In this document: in pieces, positions 47,820-56,544 of the stretch | Position numbering within the stretch: position 1 is the first letter of the stretch | Layout of the letters: every line of letters starts with the position of its first letter | Virus record (IMG/VR): IMGVR_UViG_3300025669_000020 | Coordinates: 32,001 to 96,000 of that record | Length of the DNA stretch: 64,000 nucleotides | From: a virus | Strand: one strand, 5' to 3' | The notes under the pieces: model-generated | Database searches by the model: none | The model's input: the letters and a program-made list of their open reading frames with translations, nothing else | What the model was told of the DNA's origin: nothing | Position numbers and translations under genes: made by a program

Positions 47820-48401
47820 TTGACCCATTCCCGTACCGCCGTGAACTACCAGGAGCGTGCAGCTGAATTTGCTGTGGGTGAAGAGGTGGAGACCGTCAAC
47901 GGTACGCATGGGCGCATTGTGGCCCTCTGGCCTGCCATTGGCATGGCTGATGTGGAGTTCCCCAACGGGAGCCGTCGTATCCCTGTAGAAGAGATGTACC
48001 GGGCTCCTGGTAGCTGGGTAGCCTCTCCCCAGGGCGAGACTGTTCCAGGGGGACTCCCCACCGTTTCTGTTCCTGGTGGCTCTGTCGCTCCTATCCCCCC
48101 TCCCGTCAAGAAGACCGCTTCCCCACAGTCCCAAGAGCGCGTTGCTCGGGCTTTTGTGAAGAGGGCTCTCTACTGGGCAGGGAAGGACAGGCAGTACAGG
48201 GCTTCTGGTGATGAGGTCGATTCAGGACTCTACTGCTGCCCCAAGTGCAAGGCACGGGGGGAAGAAATCCCAATGAGACGTGCGATCTACAAGCGGCGCA
48301 ATGGTTGTAGTGATCGGCTCTTGGGATGTCCCTCCTGCATGTTCTTGATCAAGCGGTCGGATGTCCTGAATGACCCCACATACCAGGTAGAGGTTGTCTG
48401 A
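47820..48401 (+). CDS. head-operon protein with SH3-like and Zn-ribbon (CPKC..CPSC) domains
   Basis: VGEEV..GRIV..ADVEF; two CxxC; RVARAFV boundary. Confidence 0.6.
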   Translation: MTHSRTAVNYQERAAEFAVGEEVETVNGTHGRIVALWPAIGMADVEFPNGSRRIPVEEMYRAPGSWVASPQGETVPGGLPTVSVPGGSVAPIPPPVKKTASPQSQERVARAFVKRALYWAGKDRQYRASGDEVDSGLYCCPKCKARGEEIPMRRAIYKRRNGCSDRLLGCPSCMFLIKRSDVLNDPTYQVEVV

Positions 48402-50008
48402 TGGCGTTCCTTCGCACAGCCTCCGCCTTGGTAGTACAGCCATCCATCAGCCCCAAGGGCTGGGGGAGGGTTCGTACAGCTTCCAAGGTAGAGGGAGCAC
48501 CCTCCAAGAATCTGTCGGCACAAGCCAGCGAGATTCTCGGCACAGATTTTGACCCGTCCAAGTACCTGCTGACCCATTGCACCATCGTCGCCTCCGTGAA
48601 TGTCGAGTCTGTCCCCAACGTGAAGTTGGGTTCTCTCACAGAGGATGGTCACAAGGTCAACCGCAAGTACGTTGACTACCGTGTCAGCTCCGACACGGAC
48701 AAGTACATCAACAACAACCTGGACTGCTTCGGGCGGGACGTGCTGCTGGACAGCTACTCCACGTTCATCGGGGCACAGAACTATCAGGAACATGTTCAGG
48801 TCGAAGCCATGTCCAAGGGCCGCATCATCGATGCCGTAGCCCGTGACATTGGCGACTCCATCTATGTCGATATCCTGGTGGCCACGGATCGGAAGCATAC
48901 CGAGCTGGTCAAGGATATCGAAGCAGGCAAACTCGGCACACTCTCCATGGGTTGCAGTGTAGATGAGACCATCTGCACCAAGTGCGGCAACGTCGCCGTG
49001 GACGAGACCGAGCTTTGCCATCATGTCCGCTACGAGAAGGGCAACATCTTCTATGACGACAAGGGGCATCAGCACCGTGTCGCGGAGCTGTGCGGACACC
49101 CCTCTATCGAGCCCCATGGTGGAGTGACCTTCATCGAGGCTTCCTGGGTTGCAGCACCCGCTTTCACTGGCGCGGTCTTGCGGAACATCATCCACCCCGG
49201 CGATCTGACAGACAAGCAGGCTTCCCGAATCCAGGAAATCCTGAACACCCCTCCCTGTGACTGGACTGACAGCTGTGGTATCGCCAAGGCTGCCTCCGAG
49301 ACCACGAGTGAGCGGGTTGTCGGCAAGGTCGCAAATCCTGCTGTTCAACACACCCTGGTCCTTGACCCCCATCGTCAGGCAGGCACCCCCGTGGATGCTT
49401 TCAACTTCGATGAGCCGGGCGGTGACGAAGGCGGCGGTGACGAAGGCGGCGGTGAAGAGGCTGAGAAGCCCAAGGAAGAGAGCCCTCTGCACCAACTAGA
49501 GGATGATGTCCTCCATGAGGTAGTGGACAGGGTCAAGACCCGTGTCCGTGAGGACTTGGAGCGGGACAAGGATAAGGATGCCCCTGTAGTGGCTCCCACC
49601 TTTGCTCCTAACGATACTCTCATCAAGGAAGCTCGTAAGAAAGCAGCACGCTCTTTGCAGCGTGTCCGTGTTGCGGCAGCCAAGCAAGCCTACAGGCAGG
49701 CATATTGGGCAGCCACAGCTACGTTGACGAAGACTGCTACTTCCGATGCAGACCTTGTGAACAGTGTGGCAGTACTGGACGGCAACTTTGGGATTAACGT
49801 CCCTGTGGATGTCTACCAGGCAGCCCTTTCGGTCGGTTCTGCCGATAACTACCCTACTGTGGGGAAATTCCTGACCGCGTGTAAGAGCACGGTGAGGCGT
49901 CCTATCAGTCTCCAGGATGCCAAGGCGTTCATCCGCCTCGGTAAAATCCTATCCCACGCGGAGGCAGTTTCCTCCGTTTGCCTACCCCCAAAAAGCAGGA
50001 GTGTGTGA
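48401..50008 (+). CDS. prohead (capsid maturation) serine protease with Zn-binding insert
   Basis: NNNLDCF, YQEH, KGRIIDAV, TLSMGC, CTKCG..CHH, FIEASWV.PA; precedes scaffold, decoration and MCP. Confidence 0.8.
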   Translation: MAFLRTASALVVQPSISPKGWGRVRTASKVEGAPSKNLSAQASEILGTDFDPSKYLLTHCTIVASVNVESVPNVKLGSLTEDGHKVNRKYVDYRVSSDTDKYINNNLDCFGRDVLLDSYSTFIGAQNYQEHVQVEAMSKGRIIDAVARDIGDSIYVDILVATDRKHTELVKDIEAGKLGTLSMGCSVDETICTKCGNVAVDETELCHHVRYEKGNIFYDDKGHQHRVAELCGHPSIEPHGGVTFIEASWVAAPAFTGAVLRNIIHPGDLTDKQASRIQEILNTPPCDWTDSCGIAKAASETTSERVVGKVANPAVQHTLVLDPHRQAGTPVDAFNFDEPGGDEGGGDEGGGEEAEKPKEESPLHQLEDDVLHEVVDRVKTRVREDLERDKDKDAPVVAPTFAPNDTLIKEARKKAARSLQRVRVAAAKQAYRQAYWAATATLTKTATSDADLVNSVAVLDGNFGINVPVDVYQAALSVGSADNYPTVGKFLTACKSTVRRPISLQDAKAFIRLGKILSHAEAVSSVCLPPKSRSV

Positions 50009-51186
50009 TGAGCACGCGTAACCGCATGACGTGGGACGGTGAGGAAAAGCGCGCCTCCCTCCCGGTCGAAGAAGCCGACAAGAGGGCATCCGCCCCCCCC
50101 GCCGTCCCCATGGACCCTGACCACCCCGCCGCCAAGCCCGACCCCGATGAGCATCACTACGAGAATGGTGACACCTCCTCATGGGCCGAAGACCCGACGA
50201 CTGGTCCCTACCCCAACAGCGAGGCCCCCGCGGTTCCCACCGATACGGGCCACCCCGCTGCCAAGCAGGCTGCTGACATTCGTGTCGCCGCTGAGAAGAA
50301 GGCTGCCAAGTGCATCCGCATCGCGCAGACCCTTCTCGTTGGCTTGGATGTCCCCACCATCGAAGACCAGGCCCTTGAGCTGATGGATCTCCCCGATGTC
50401 TCCCTGGACGCTACCCTCCGCCGGATGGAAGCTGCCCATGAGGACGAGGAAGTCCTGCTCCGCAAGATGCTGGCTGGTGATGAGGATGAGGAAGAGGAAG
50501 AGGGCAAGGAAGCCACCGATGTGGAAGCAGCCGATGAGTCCGACAAGGACGCCTCGACTGACCGCATGGCCGAAGTCCTGACCGCTCTCCGCGACCTCCA
50601 GGGTCAGCTCGACACCCTCCGCAACCCCGTGGTCGCTGGCGAAGACGCCGATGACGATGAGGATGAGGATGGGGACAAGGCTGCCGAAGTCGTGGAAGAG
50701 GACGAAGAGGAAGTCCTCTTGGCCCAGATGTTGGCGGAGCTGGACTCCGGCTGCGAAGGCTGCAACGAGAACGCCATGGAAGAGGAAATGGTCGAAGAGG
50801 TGGCAGAGGTCGCCCCCGAAGCCATGATGGACATCGTGGATGATGAGATGATCATCGAAGACGATCCCATGATGGACGCCGAGACTGACATCAGCCTGGA
50901 AATGATGGATGACCCCATGGGTCTGGGCGGCACCAACGACATCCTCCCCGAGGACGAGATGGCACTGGCCAATCTGTTCCACCAGGCAGACGACAAGGTC
51001 GCTGGCGAAGAGGCCAAGGACGACAAGGACGACAAGGAAGCTGCCGAGCGTCCCCAGCCCAAGAAGGCAGGCACTGGCCCCAAGACTCTGGGCAACCAGA
51101 CCATGACCAAGAGCGCCTCCAACGAGATGAACGAACTCGGCAAGCTCTGGGAGACCGCTCCCGACGTGACCAAGTTCTTCGAGTAG
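50008..51186 (+). CDS. capsid scaffolding protein
   Basis: Highly acidic with coiled segments, many KxA sites, C-terminal LWETAPDVTKFFE; between protease and MCP. Confidence 0.65.
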   Translation: MSTRNRMTWDGEEKRASLPVEEADKRASAPPAVPMDPDHPAAKPDPDEHHYENGDTSSWAEDPTTGPYPNSEAPAVPTDTGHPAAKQAADIRVAAEKKAAKCIRIAQTLLVGLDVPTIEDQALELMDLPDVSLDATLRRMEAAHEDEEVLLRKMLAGDEDEEEEEGKEATDVEAADESDKDASTDRMAEVLTALRDLQGQLDTLRNPVVAGEDADDDEDEDGDKAAEVVEEDEEEVLLAQMLAELDSGCEGCNENAMEEEMVEEVAEVAPEAMMDIVDDEMIIEDDPMMDAETDISLEMMDDPMGLGGTNDILPEDEMALANLFHQADDKVAGEEAKDDKDDKEAAERPQPKKAGTGPKTLGNQTMTKSASNEMNELGKLWETAPDVTKFFE

Positions 51187-51239
51187 CACAGTGACTTTCC
51201 AGTAGTGGGGGTTTGTTCCCCCCTCTACAGGAACAAATA

Positions 51240-51274
51240 TCGGCCCGGTAGGACTTTTCTTCCTACCGGGCCGA
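51240..51274 (+). terminator. perfect 14-bp hairpin (terminator or processing signal)
   Basis: TCGGCCCGGTAGGA-N7-TCCTACCGGGCCGA. Confidence 0.7.
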
Positions 51275-51411
51275 AGTTCTTCTCAATATCCCTTCAATAA
51301 CGCGGGGACTTAGTGACGGAACAAGTTTGGATGAGGTTGTCTCACCCAACAGTTTCCGCGCCCCCCCCCACCGTCCCTGTAAACAGGGAGCGGTCGCATG
51401 AAGGAGACAAC

Positions 51412-52077
51412 ATGCCTCTGCTTGGACAGGCGAGTGGTGCATGGACTGAATCTTCCTCCGCGCTGCGGATTCTCCACCTTGGTGTTCGTAACACCGTGGG
51501 AATCCTGACGGACGACAGTTTCACCCAGACCAATCCGCCCACCGTCGTGGTGACCACCACTATCTCTACCCAGGTTGACACTAGTGTCCTGGGCGTGATG
51601 AGTGGTTCCATCGCGTTCACGCGCCCAGACCAGGGTGCCAACTACGTCGGCGGTAACGCCGAGACCCTCGCTGTCGCCGCACAGGAGCGCCTCGTGCGTC
51701 CCCTGGGCTGCTTCATCAACTCGGCTGCTGGCAACGCATACGAGAACCTCCCCGCCTCCGCTTCTGGCAAGGGCCCCTACGTTTCGGCGCAGGGCACCTA
51801 CGGAAATGCTCTCTTCGAGACGCAGTTCCTGGCCAACCCGGTCGCAGGTGCTGGCGCTGCAGGTGACCCCATCACCTACACCACGGGCCTCGCGCTCGCG
51901 GCTTCCAGGAATGGCTTCCTCTGTCCCACTTGGGACGTGGTGAACGGTCAGACCCTGGATGACGCTGGCATCATGGCTGAAATCGAACACGGTTGGGCTG
52001 CGTCCACCATCATCGGCATCCTCAAGATGCCTGCTGATGCAACGCAGGGCGAAATCGTCTACGACCAGCGGATCTAG
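51412..52077 (+). CDS. head decoration/cement protein
   Basis: AAGGAG RBS; directly upstream of MCP; beta-rich. Confidence 0.65.
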   Translation: MPLLGQASGAWTESSSALRILHLGVRNTVGILTDDSFTQTNPPTVVVTTTISTQVDTSVLGVMSGSIAFTRPDQGANYVGGNAETLAVAAQERLVRPLGCFINSAAGNAYENLPASASGKGPYVSAQGTYGNALFETQFLANPVAGAGAAGDPITYTTGLALAASRNGFLCPTWDVVNGQTLDDAGIMAEIEHGWAASTIIGILKMPADATQGEIVYDQRI

Positions 52078-52086
52078 GAGAAGATC

Positions 52087-52962
52087 ATGAGCAACGTATC
52101 CAACGCTGCAAAGCAGCAGATCATCTCCGAGTTCATCAAGACCCCCCAGGGTCGCGCTAAGCTCGCAGCCTCGATGACCCAGCCTCTGCGCCTCCGCCGG
52201 GACTACACCGCAGTCGGTCGTAAGACCTTCCTCGTGGAACAGCTCCCTGACGGCGCACTGCCCATCTACGACAAGGACCCCGATGTGACGGCATACGTCG
52301 TTGGTGAAGAAGGCGAGAACATCCTCGCAGTCACCAAGCCTCGCCGTGTCATCTTCCCCCTCTTCGAGATCGCATCCAACCCCGAGATCCCGCTCACGCA
52401 GATCAAGGAACGTCGGTTCGACCTCATCGAGCGCGCCCAGGACTTGGCCCGTGCCCAGATCCAGGCAGCAGAAGACGAGCGTGTCTTCGCAGTGCTCGAC
52501 AGCATCGCCACCAACGGCTTCGACTCCGTGGCTGGCGGCACCAACCCTGACATCCCCGTGGTCGCTCCGATCTCTGGTGCTGTCCTGGCTGATGCCTTCG
52601 CACTGATCGAGCGTCATGACCTTCATGTCGCTCGCGTGTTCATGAACGCTCGGGACTACGCGGACCTCCGCAAGTTCGGTCGCGACATCCTGGACATCGA
52701 ATCCCAGCGCGATTTGTTGAAGACCGGCCTGATGGCAACCCTCTGGGGAGCACAGATCATCGTCAGCCGCCTCGTGCCTGTCGGAACGGTCTATGTGTGT
52801 TGCGAACCGGAAATGTTCGGCCGCATCCCCGTTCGCATTGAGCTGACAGTTCTCAGCGCAGACGACCCGAAGGCTCGCACCATCGGCTTCTCCTGCTTCG
52901 AGAACCTCGGTATCGGCGCGTTCAACCCCCGTGGTCTGACCCGTCTGACGATCACCCGTTAG
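52087..52962 (+). CDS. major capsid protein (HK97 fold)
   Basis: GRAKLAASMTQPLR.RDY.VGRK, FEIASNP, IQAAED, LWGAQIIVS..VP.G, ENLGI..NPRG; C-ending codon bias; followed by terminator. Confidence 0.88.
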   Translation: MSNVSNAAKQQIISEFIKTPQGRAKLAASMTQPLRLRRDYTAVGRKTFLVEQLPDGALPIYDKDPDVTAYVVGEEGENILAVTKPRRVIFPLFEIASNPEIPLTQIKERRFDLIERAQDLARAQIQAAEDERVFAVLDSIATNGFDSVAGGTNPDIPVVAPISGAVLADAFALIERHDLHVARVFMNARDYADLRKFGRDILDIESQRDLLKTGLMATLWGAQIIVSRLVPVGTVYVCCEPEMFGRIPVRIELTVLSADDPKARTIGFSCFENLGIGAFNPRGLTRLTITR

Positions 52963-52987
52963 TCATAGTAGAACCTCGGTTCTCAAC

Positions 52988-53015
52988 GAGCCCTCGGCCT
53001 TCGGGTCGGGGGTTC
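52988..53015 (+). terminator. hairpin with UUCG loop after MCP
   Basis: GAGCCCTCGGCC-TTCG-GGTCGGGGGTTC. Confidence 0.75.
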
Positions 53016-53094
53016 TGTGCATTCGGGGGTTGCTGTCGTGCCCTCTCTTCCTTTGCTCTTGCTTTATTTTCTTTGCCTTGTGTCCTGAACCCTG

Positions 53095-53123
53095 TTGAAA
53101 ACCTGTTGGCTTGTAGGTATAGT
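53095..53123 (+). promoter_or_regulatory. sigma70-like promoter TTGAAA-N17-TATAGT
   Basis: Near-consensus, 35 nt upstream of ATG 53158. Confidence 0.6.
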
Positions 53124-53157
53124 AGGTTACCCCTAAACACCGACAAGGCTAAAGGTT

Positions 53158-54309
53158 ATGGCATCTGACAAAACAAACACACCTAAAGTATATGGGGCTT
53201 TCCGCAGGGTGGTCACACCAGAGGTCTTGCGAAAGCTGTATTTGGAGCAGAATGATGCCGAGATCGCTGCCCTCTATGGTGTCTCAGATGCCCTGGTCTC
53301 CCGGTACAGAAAGCAGTGGGGGATCCAAACACTGAATCCCAGACAACGAAGGGACCAAGTACGGGAAGCACAGGGTTTGCCCACAATTGAGGATCTGACA
53401 CCTGTGGTCCTTGCAGACATCTATTCCAGAATGGGGGATGCCCAGATCGGGAAGATGTATGGGGTGAGCAAGCCTGTGATCGTGAGGTTGCGGCAGAGGT
53501 GGGGTATCCACACCTTGACCAAAACACAGAGGGCTACACAGGAGGGGCCTTTGTCAGAGGGGCAGCAGGAGACATTGATAGGTGTTCTGCTCGGGGATGG
53601 ACATGTCACAGCACGGGGCTCTTTTCAGGTGGGGCACTCCCATTCCCAGGTGGGGTACGTCCACCATCTGTATGACCTGTGGGCTCCTTTGAGCAGGCCT
53701 GTTCAGTTTGGGGAGAAGATCATGGACAGCGGCACTGTGGCGTACACGTTCCTTCTGCGGACAGCACCACACAAATGGCTCCAGTACCTTCGCAAGCTGT
53801 TTTATCCACAGGGAGTCAAGGTCTTCCCAGAGAGCATCCTGACACACCTGAGTGCCCGGTCCTTGGCCTACTGGTACTTTGATGATGGCCACTTGGATTC
53901 AGGGTTGCCTTCAATTGCACTGGGGGACATCACGGTAGCCGCTGCCGATGATGTGGCACGGCGGGTAGGGAAGCGGTTTGGGTTGGATGCCTACATCCGC
54001 CCACAGTCCACAGAGACCTGTAAAATCCTCGGGGTGCGAGCTGGGAGTACGGATCTGTTCTTTTCCCTTGTCCGCTCTTACCTGATCCCCGAGATGGCCC
54101 ACAAGTACCCTGCCAAACAGCGTCCCGTGGGCACTGTTCCTGTACGCCCCCGCTTGACATTGGAACCTGTGAAGATGCCCCTAGACCTGACAACACGCTC
54201 CAAAGAATGGGGGCATCTGGGAGAAGAGGGGCAGGAGCATCTGTTGGATGATCTGGTGGCTTTCTGGCACCAGCAAGGGTTTCCGTACCGTTTAACAAAA
54301 CTTAGGTGA
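53158..54309 (+). CDS. tandem HTH + LAGLIDADG endonuclease, probably 3'-truncated by IS607
   Basis: Two D..I..YGVS..V..R..WGI repeats; LIGVLLGDG and LAYWYFDDG; ends just after GFPY at the IS boundary. Confidence 0.8.
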   Translation: MASDKTNTPKVYGAFRRVVTPEVLRKLYLEQNDAEIAALYGVSDALVSRYRKQWGIQTLNPRQRRDQVREAQGLPTIEDLTPVVLADIYSRMGDAQIGKMYGVSKPVIVRLRQRWGIHTLTKTQRATQEGPLSEGQQETLIGVLLGDGHVTARGSFQVGHSHSQVGYVHHLYDLWAPLSRPVQFGEKIMDSGTVAYTFLLRTAPHKWLQYLRKLFYPQGVKVFPESILTHLSARSLAYWYFDDGHLDSGLPSIALGDITVAAADDVARRVGKRFGLDAYIRPQSTETCKILGVRAGSTDLFFSLVRSYLIPEMAHKYPAKQRPVGTVPVRPRLTLEPVKMPLDLTTRSKEWGHLGEEGQEHLLDDLVAFWHQQGFPYRLTKLR

Positions 54310-55603
54310 TCCTATGCTCTGTTACCGTCTCTTGCGAGATCGGCCCCCGGTCTGACTCTCCCCGAAGGGAAATGCCGGGTTCCTGCTTCACCGAGGTCTG
54401 CCTCCGTATCGCAAGCGATACGGAAGGTCTCACGTCCTCTCCACAGGCGTTTTTAGTGAGGTCCGACGAACTGGCGGCCCTCAAGATGTTGATCGCAGCA
54501 TTGAGGTCAGCATTGGCCTCGTGCCCGCAAGACAAGCAGCAGAACTCGCTCTGCGAAGTCCGATTGTCCTTCTCGACGTGCCCACACGCTGAACACCGCT
54601 GGCTGGTGTAGTGGGGTGGAACAGCCACGACTTCACAGCCGTAGAGTTTCCCTTTGTACTCCAACAACCTACGGAACTCCCCGAAGGCGGCATCCAGCAC
54701 GACCCGGTTGAGGCCACGTTTTCGCGAGCCTCCCCCAGCCGTCATGTTCCGCACCTTCAAGTCCTCGATCACAACCTTGCCGTGGCTTTTGGCAAGCATA
54801 GTCGTGGCCTTGTGGAGTACATCACGTCGAACATTCCGAACCCGAGCATGGGCACGGGCGAGCTTCGCCCTAGCCTTGCCCCGGTTCTTCGACCCCCTCT
54901 TCTTTCTGCTCACCTCCTGTTGAAGCCTCTTGATCTTCTTTTGCCCTTTCTGGAGGGCTCTCGGATTCTCGATGACCGTCCCGTCCGACAAGGCAGCCAA
55001 CCGAGCCACGCCGAGATCCAGTCCCACAGGGGGGTTCCCGTTCGGCACTGCCGCTCCCACAACTTCGGGCCCGACGACGGAAACGAACCATCGTCCTGCC
55101 TTCTCGGTCACAGAGACCTGAGCATGCTTCCCCCATGGGAGGTAGCCACGCTCTCCCGGCTGGAACTTCACCTTCCCGATGACTGGGAGCTGGACGGTCC
55201 TGTGATCAACCTTGATGGTGCCGGTCAGGCGGAACCCGCCGACGCCCCTGCTCCTCGACTTGAACCTTGGGTACTTGGCTCGTCCTGACAGGAAGTTCTT
55301 GAAGGCCCGGTCGAGATCACGAAGGGCTTCCTGCGGTGCCGCTTTGCTAGCCTCGTACATCCAAGGGATGCCGCCCTCTTCGGGGCTGGCTTTCTTCAAG
55401 ACGTTGAGGTCGCGGTGGAGAGAGATGGCGTTCAGCCATCCTTTCCACTTCTTCGGCTTGCCCTCAGTCACCCATTGCTCGTAGGCGTCCCGATGCTGAC
55501 GGAGCCCCCAGTTATACGCCCACCGAGCGTTGCCCGCATGTTGGAGAAGGGCCTGCCTCTGGCGAGGAGTCGGCCTGATCTCCGCTCGGTAGGCGAGCCT
55601 CAC
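54302..55603 (-). CDS. tnpB: TnpB RNA-guided nuclease (433 aa)
   Basis: RWAYNWGL, YPRFKSR, RuvC GLDLG / VIEDL / NADLNAA, CSAC..CLSC zinc finger. Confidence 0.93.
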   Translation of the reverse strand: MRLAYRAEIRPTPRQRQALLQHAGNARWAYNWGLRQHRDAYEQWVTEGKPKKWKGWLNAISLHRDLNVLKKASPEEGGIPWMYEASKAAPQEALRDLDRAFKNFLSGRAKYPRFKSRSRGVGGFRLTGTIKVDHRTVQLPVIGKVKFQPGERGYLPWGKHAQVSVTEKAGRWFVSVVGPEVVGAAVPNGNPPVGLDLGVARLAALSDGTVIENPRALQKGQKKIKRLQQEVSRKKRGSKNRGKARAKLARAHARVRNVRRDVLHKATTMLAKSHGKVVIEDLKVRNMTAGGGSRKRGLNRVVLDAAFGEFRRLLEYKGKLYGCEVVAVPPHYTSQRCSACGHVEKDNRTSQSEFCCLSCGHEANADLNAAINILRAASSSDLTKNACGEDVRPSVSLAIRRQTSVKQEPGISLRGESDRGPISQETVTEHRIT

Positions 55604-56241
55604 TGGTCGGCCTCGACTTCTGCCTTCGCTCGTTTCCGGTTTTCGGCTGAGCGTCGCCCGTAGATACGAGCGGAGAACGATGCCATCAGCGAGAGGATGT
55701 CTTCGACAAGCTCCTCCTGATAGGACTTCCCGAGAGTCTCCTGTACCCACTCGATCTCGACGCCGTGGCTGTCGAAGTAGGCCGCGAGGAGGCCACCTCC
55801 GAACCGGGAAAGCCGATCTTTGTGTTCGACCACCACCCGGTCGATCTTGTGTTCGTTGACGAGCTTGAACAGCTTGCGGAGTCGAGGGCGGTTCTCCGAC
55901 ATGCCCGAGCCCACGTCTTCCAGGACGGCGACCAGCTTGTAGCCTTGTTTGACACAGTGGGTCGTGACCCGCCCGACCTGACGTTCTAAATCGCCTTTCT
56001 TCTTTTGGTCGTGGCTGCTCACCCGACAGTAGATGGCGGCACGAACCTCGGTGGCTCCTTCCCCTGACACGTCTTGCCCTTGTAGAGCCTCGATGACCGA
56101 GAGCTTGTAGCGACGGTGGTTCCCAAGAGTTCGTTCGGCCACTAGGCGGCCTTCCTCGTCCCAACGACGTAAGGTGTCGGGATGGACACCGAGCATCTCT
56201 GCTGCGGCACGGACACGGAGGAGTCGGTCAGCCTTCGGCAT
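55600..56241 (-). CDS. tnpA: IS607 serine-recombinase transposase
   Basis: MerR-type HTH LGVHPDTLRRW..GNHRRY; YCRVSS, DVGSG, DRLSRFG. Confidence 0.93.
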   Translation of the reverse strand: MPKADRLLRVRAAAEMLGVHPDTLRRWDEEGRLVAERTLGNHRRYKLSVIEALQGQDVSGEGATEVRAAIYCRVSSHDQKKKGDLERQVGRVTTHCVKQGYKLVAVLEDVGSGMSENRPRLRKLFKLVNEHKIDRVVVEHKDRLSRFGGGLLAAYFDSHGVEIEWVQETLGKSYQEELVEDILSLMASFSARIYGRRSAENRKRAKAEVEADQ

Positions 56242-56428
56242 CGGACTCCCCGTCGGGACCGAGAAGACCTTCTGCCTGGAAGACGGAGTGCCATCGGTCG
56301 TACCACTCTTGGAACTCCTCGACGGTCGGCACTTCATCTTTGTCAAAGGGGATCGCGTGCGGGACGGTTCTTCCATCCTCGGTCTTGAATTCGGTTTCGG
56401 TGACTTGGGTGATCACGGTCGGGGCCAT
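56228..56428 (-). CDS. small acidic protein upstream of tnpA
   Basis: AGGAGTAGAGG RBS; overlaps the tnpA start. Confidence 0.65.
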   Translation of the reverse strand: MAPTVITQVTETEFKTEDGRTVPHAIPFDKDEVPTVEEFQEWYDRWHSVFQAEGLLGPDGESDAEG

Positions 56429-56450
56429 CCTCTACTCCTATGGCGGTCGT

Positions 56451-56465
56451 ATAAACGAACTACCG
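56451..56465 (-). promoter_or_regulatory. class B promoter-like motif CGGTA-N6-TTAT
   Basis: Matches the late motif; upstream of the small ORF-tnpA-tnpB operon. Confidence 0.45.
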
Positions 56466-56544
56466 TAGAATACCCGCGTTCACCTAAGTTCCTCGCTACT
56501 GTTCAAGAACCCCTACGAGAAGCCGCATGTCTTCGGTCATGGTC

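Larger units (their letters stand above)
54290..56510 (-). mobile_element. IS607-family element (small ORF + tnpA + tnpB); ends approximate
   Basis: Serine recombinase plus TnpB with GTGA overlap; 11-bp inverted repeat at 54299-54309 and 56480-56490. Confidence 0.8.

Noticed and set aside
54302-56164. 620-aa TnpB with a long N-terminal extension
   Set aside because: The extension overlaps tnpA in another frame; GTG 55603 with GTGA coupling is the plausible start
54290-56510. IStron (group I intron plus IS607)
   Set aside because: No room for, or motifs of, a group I core upstream of tnpA, and the element is antisense to the left gene
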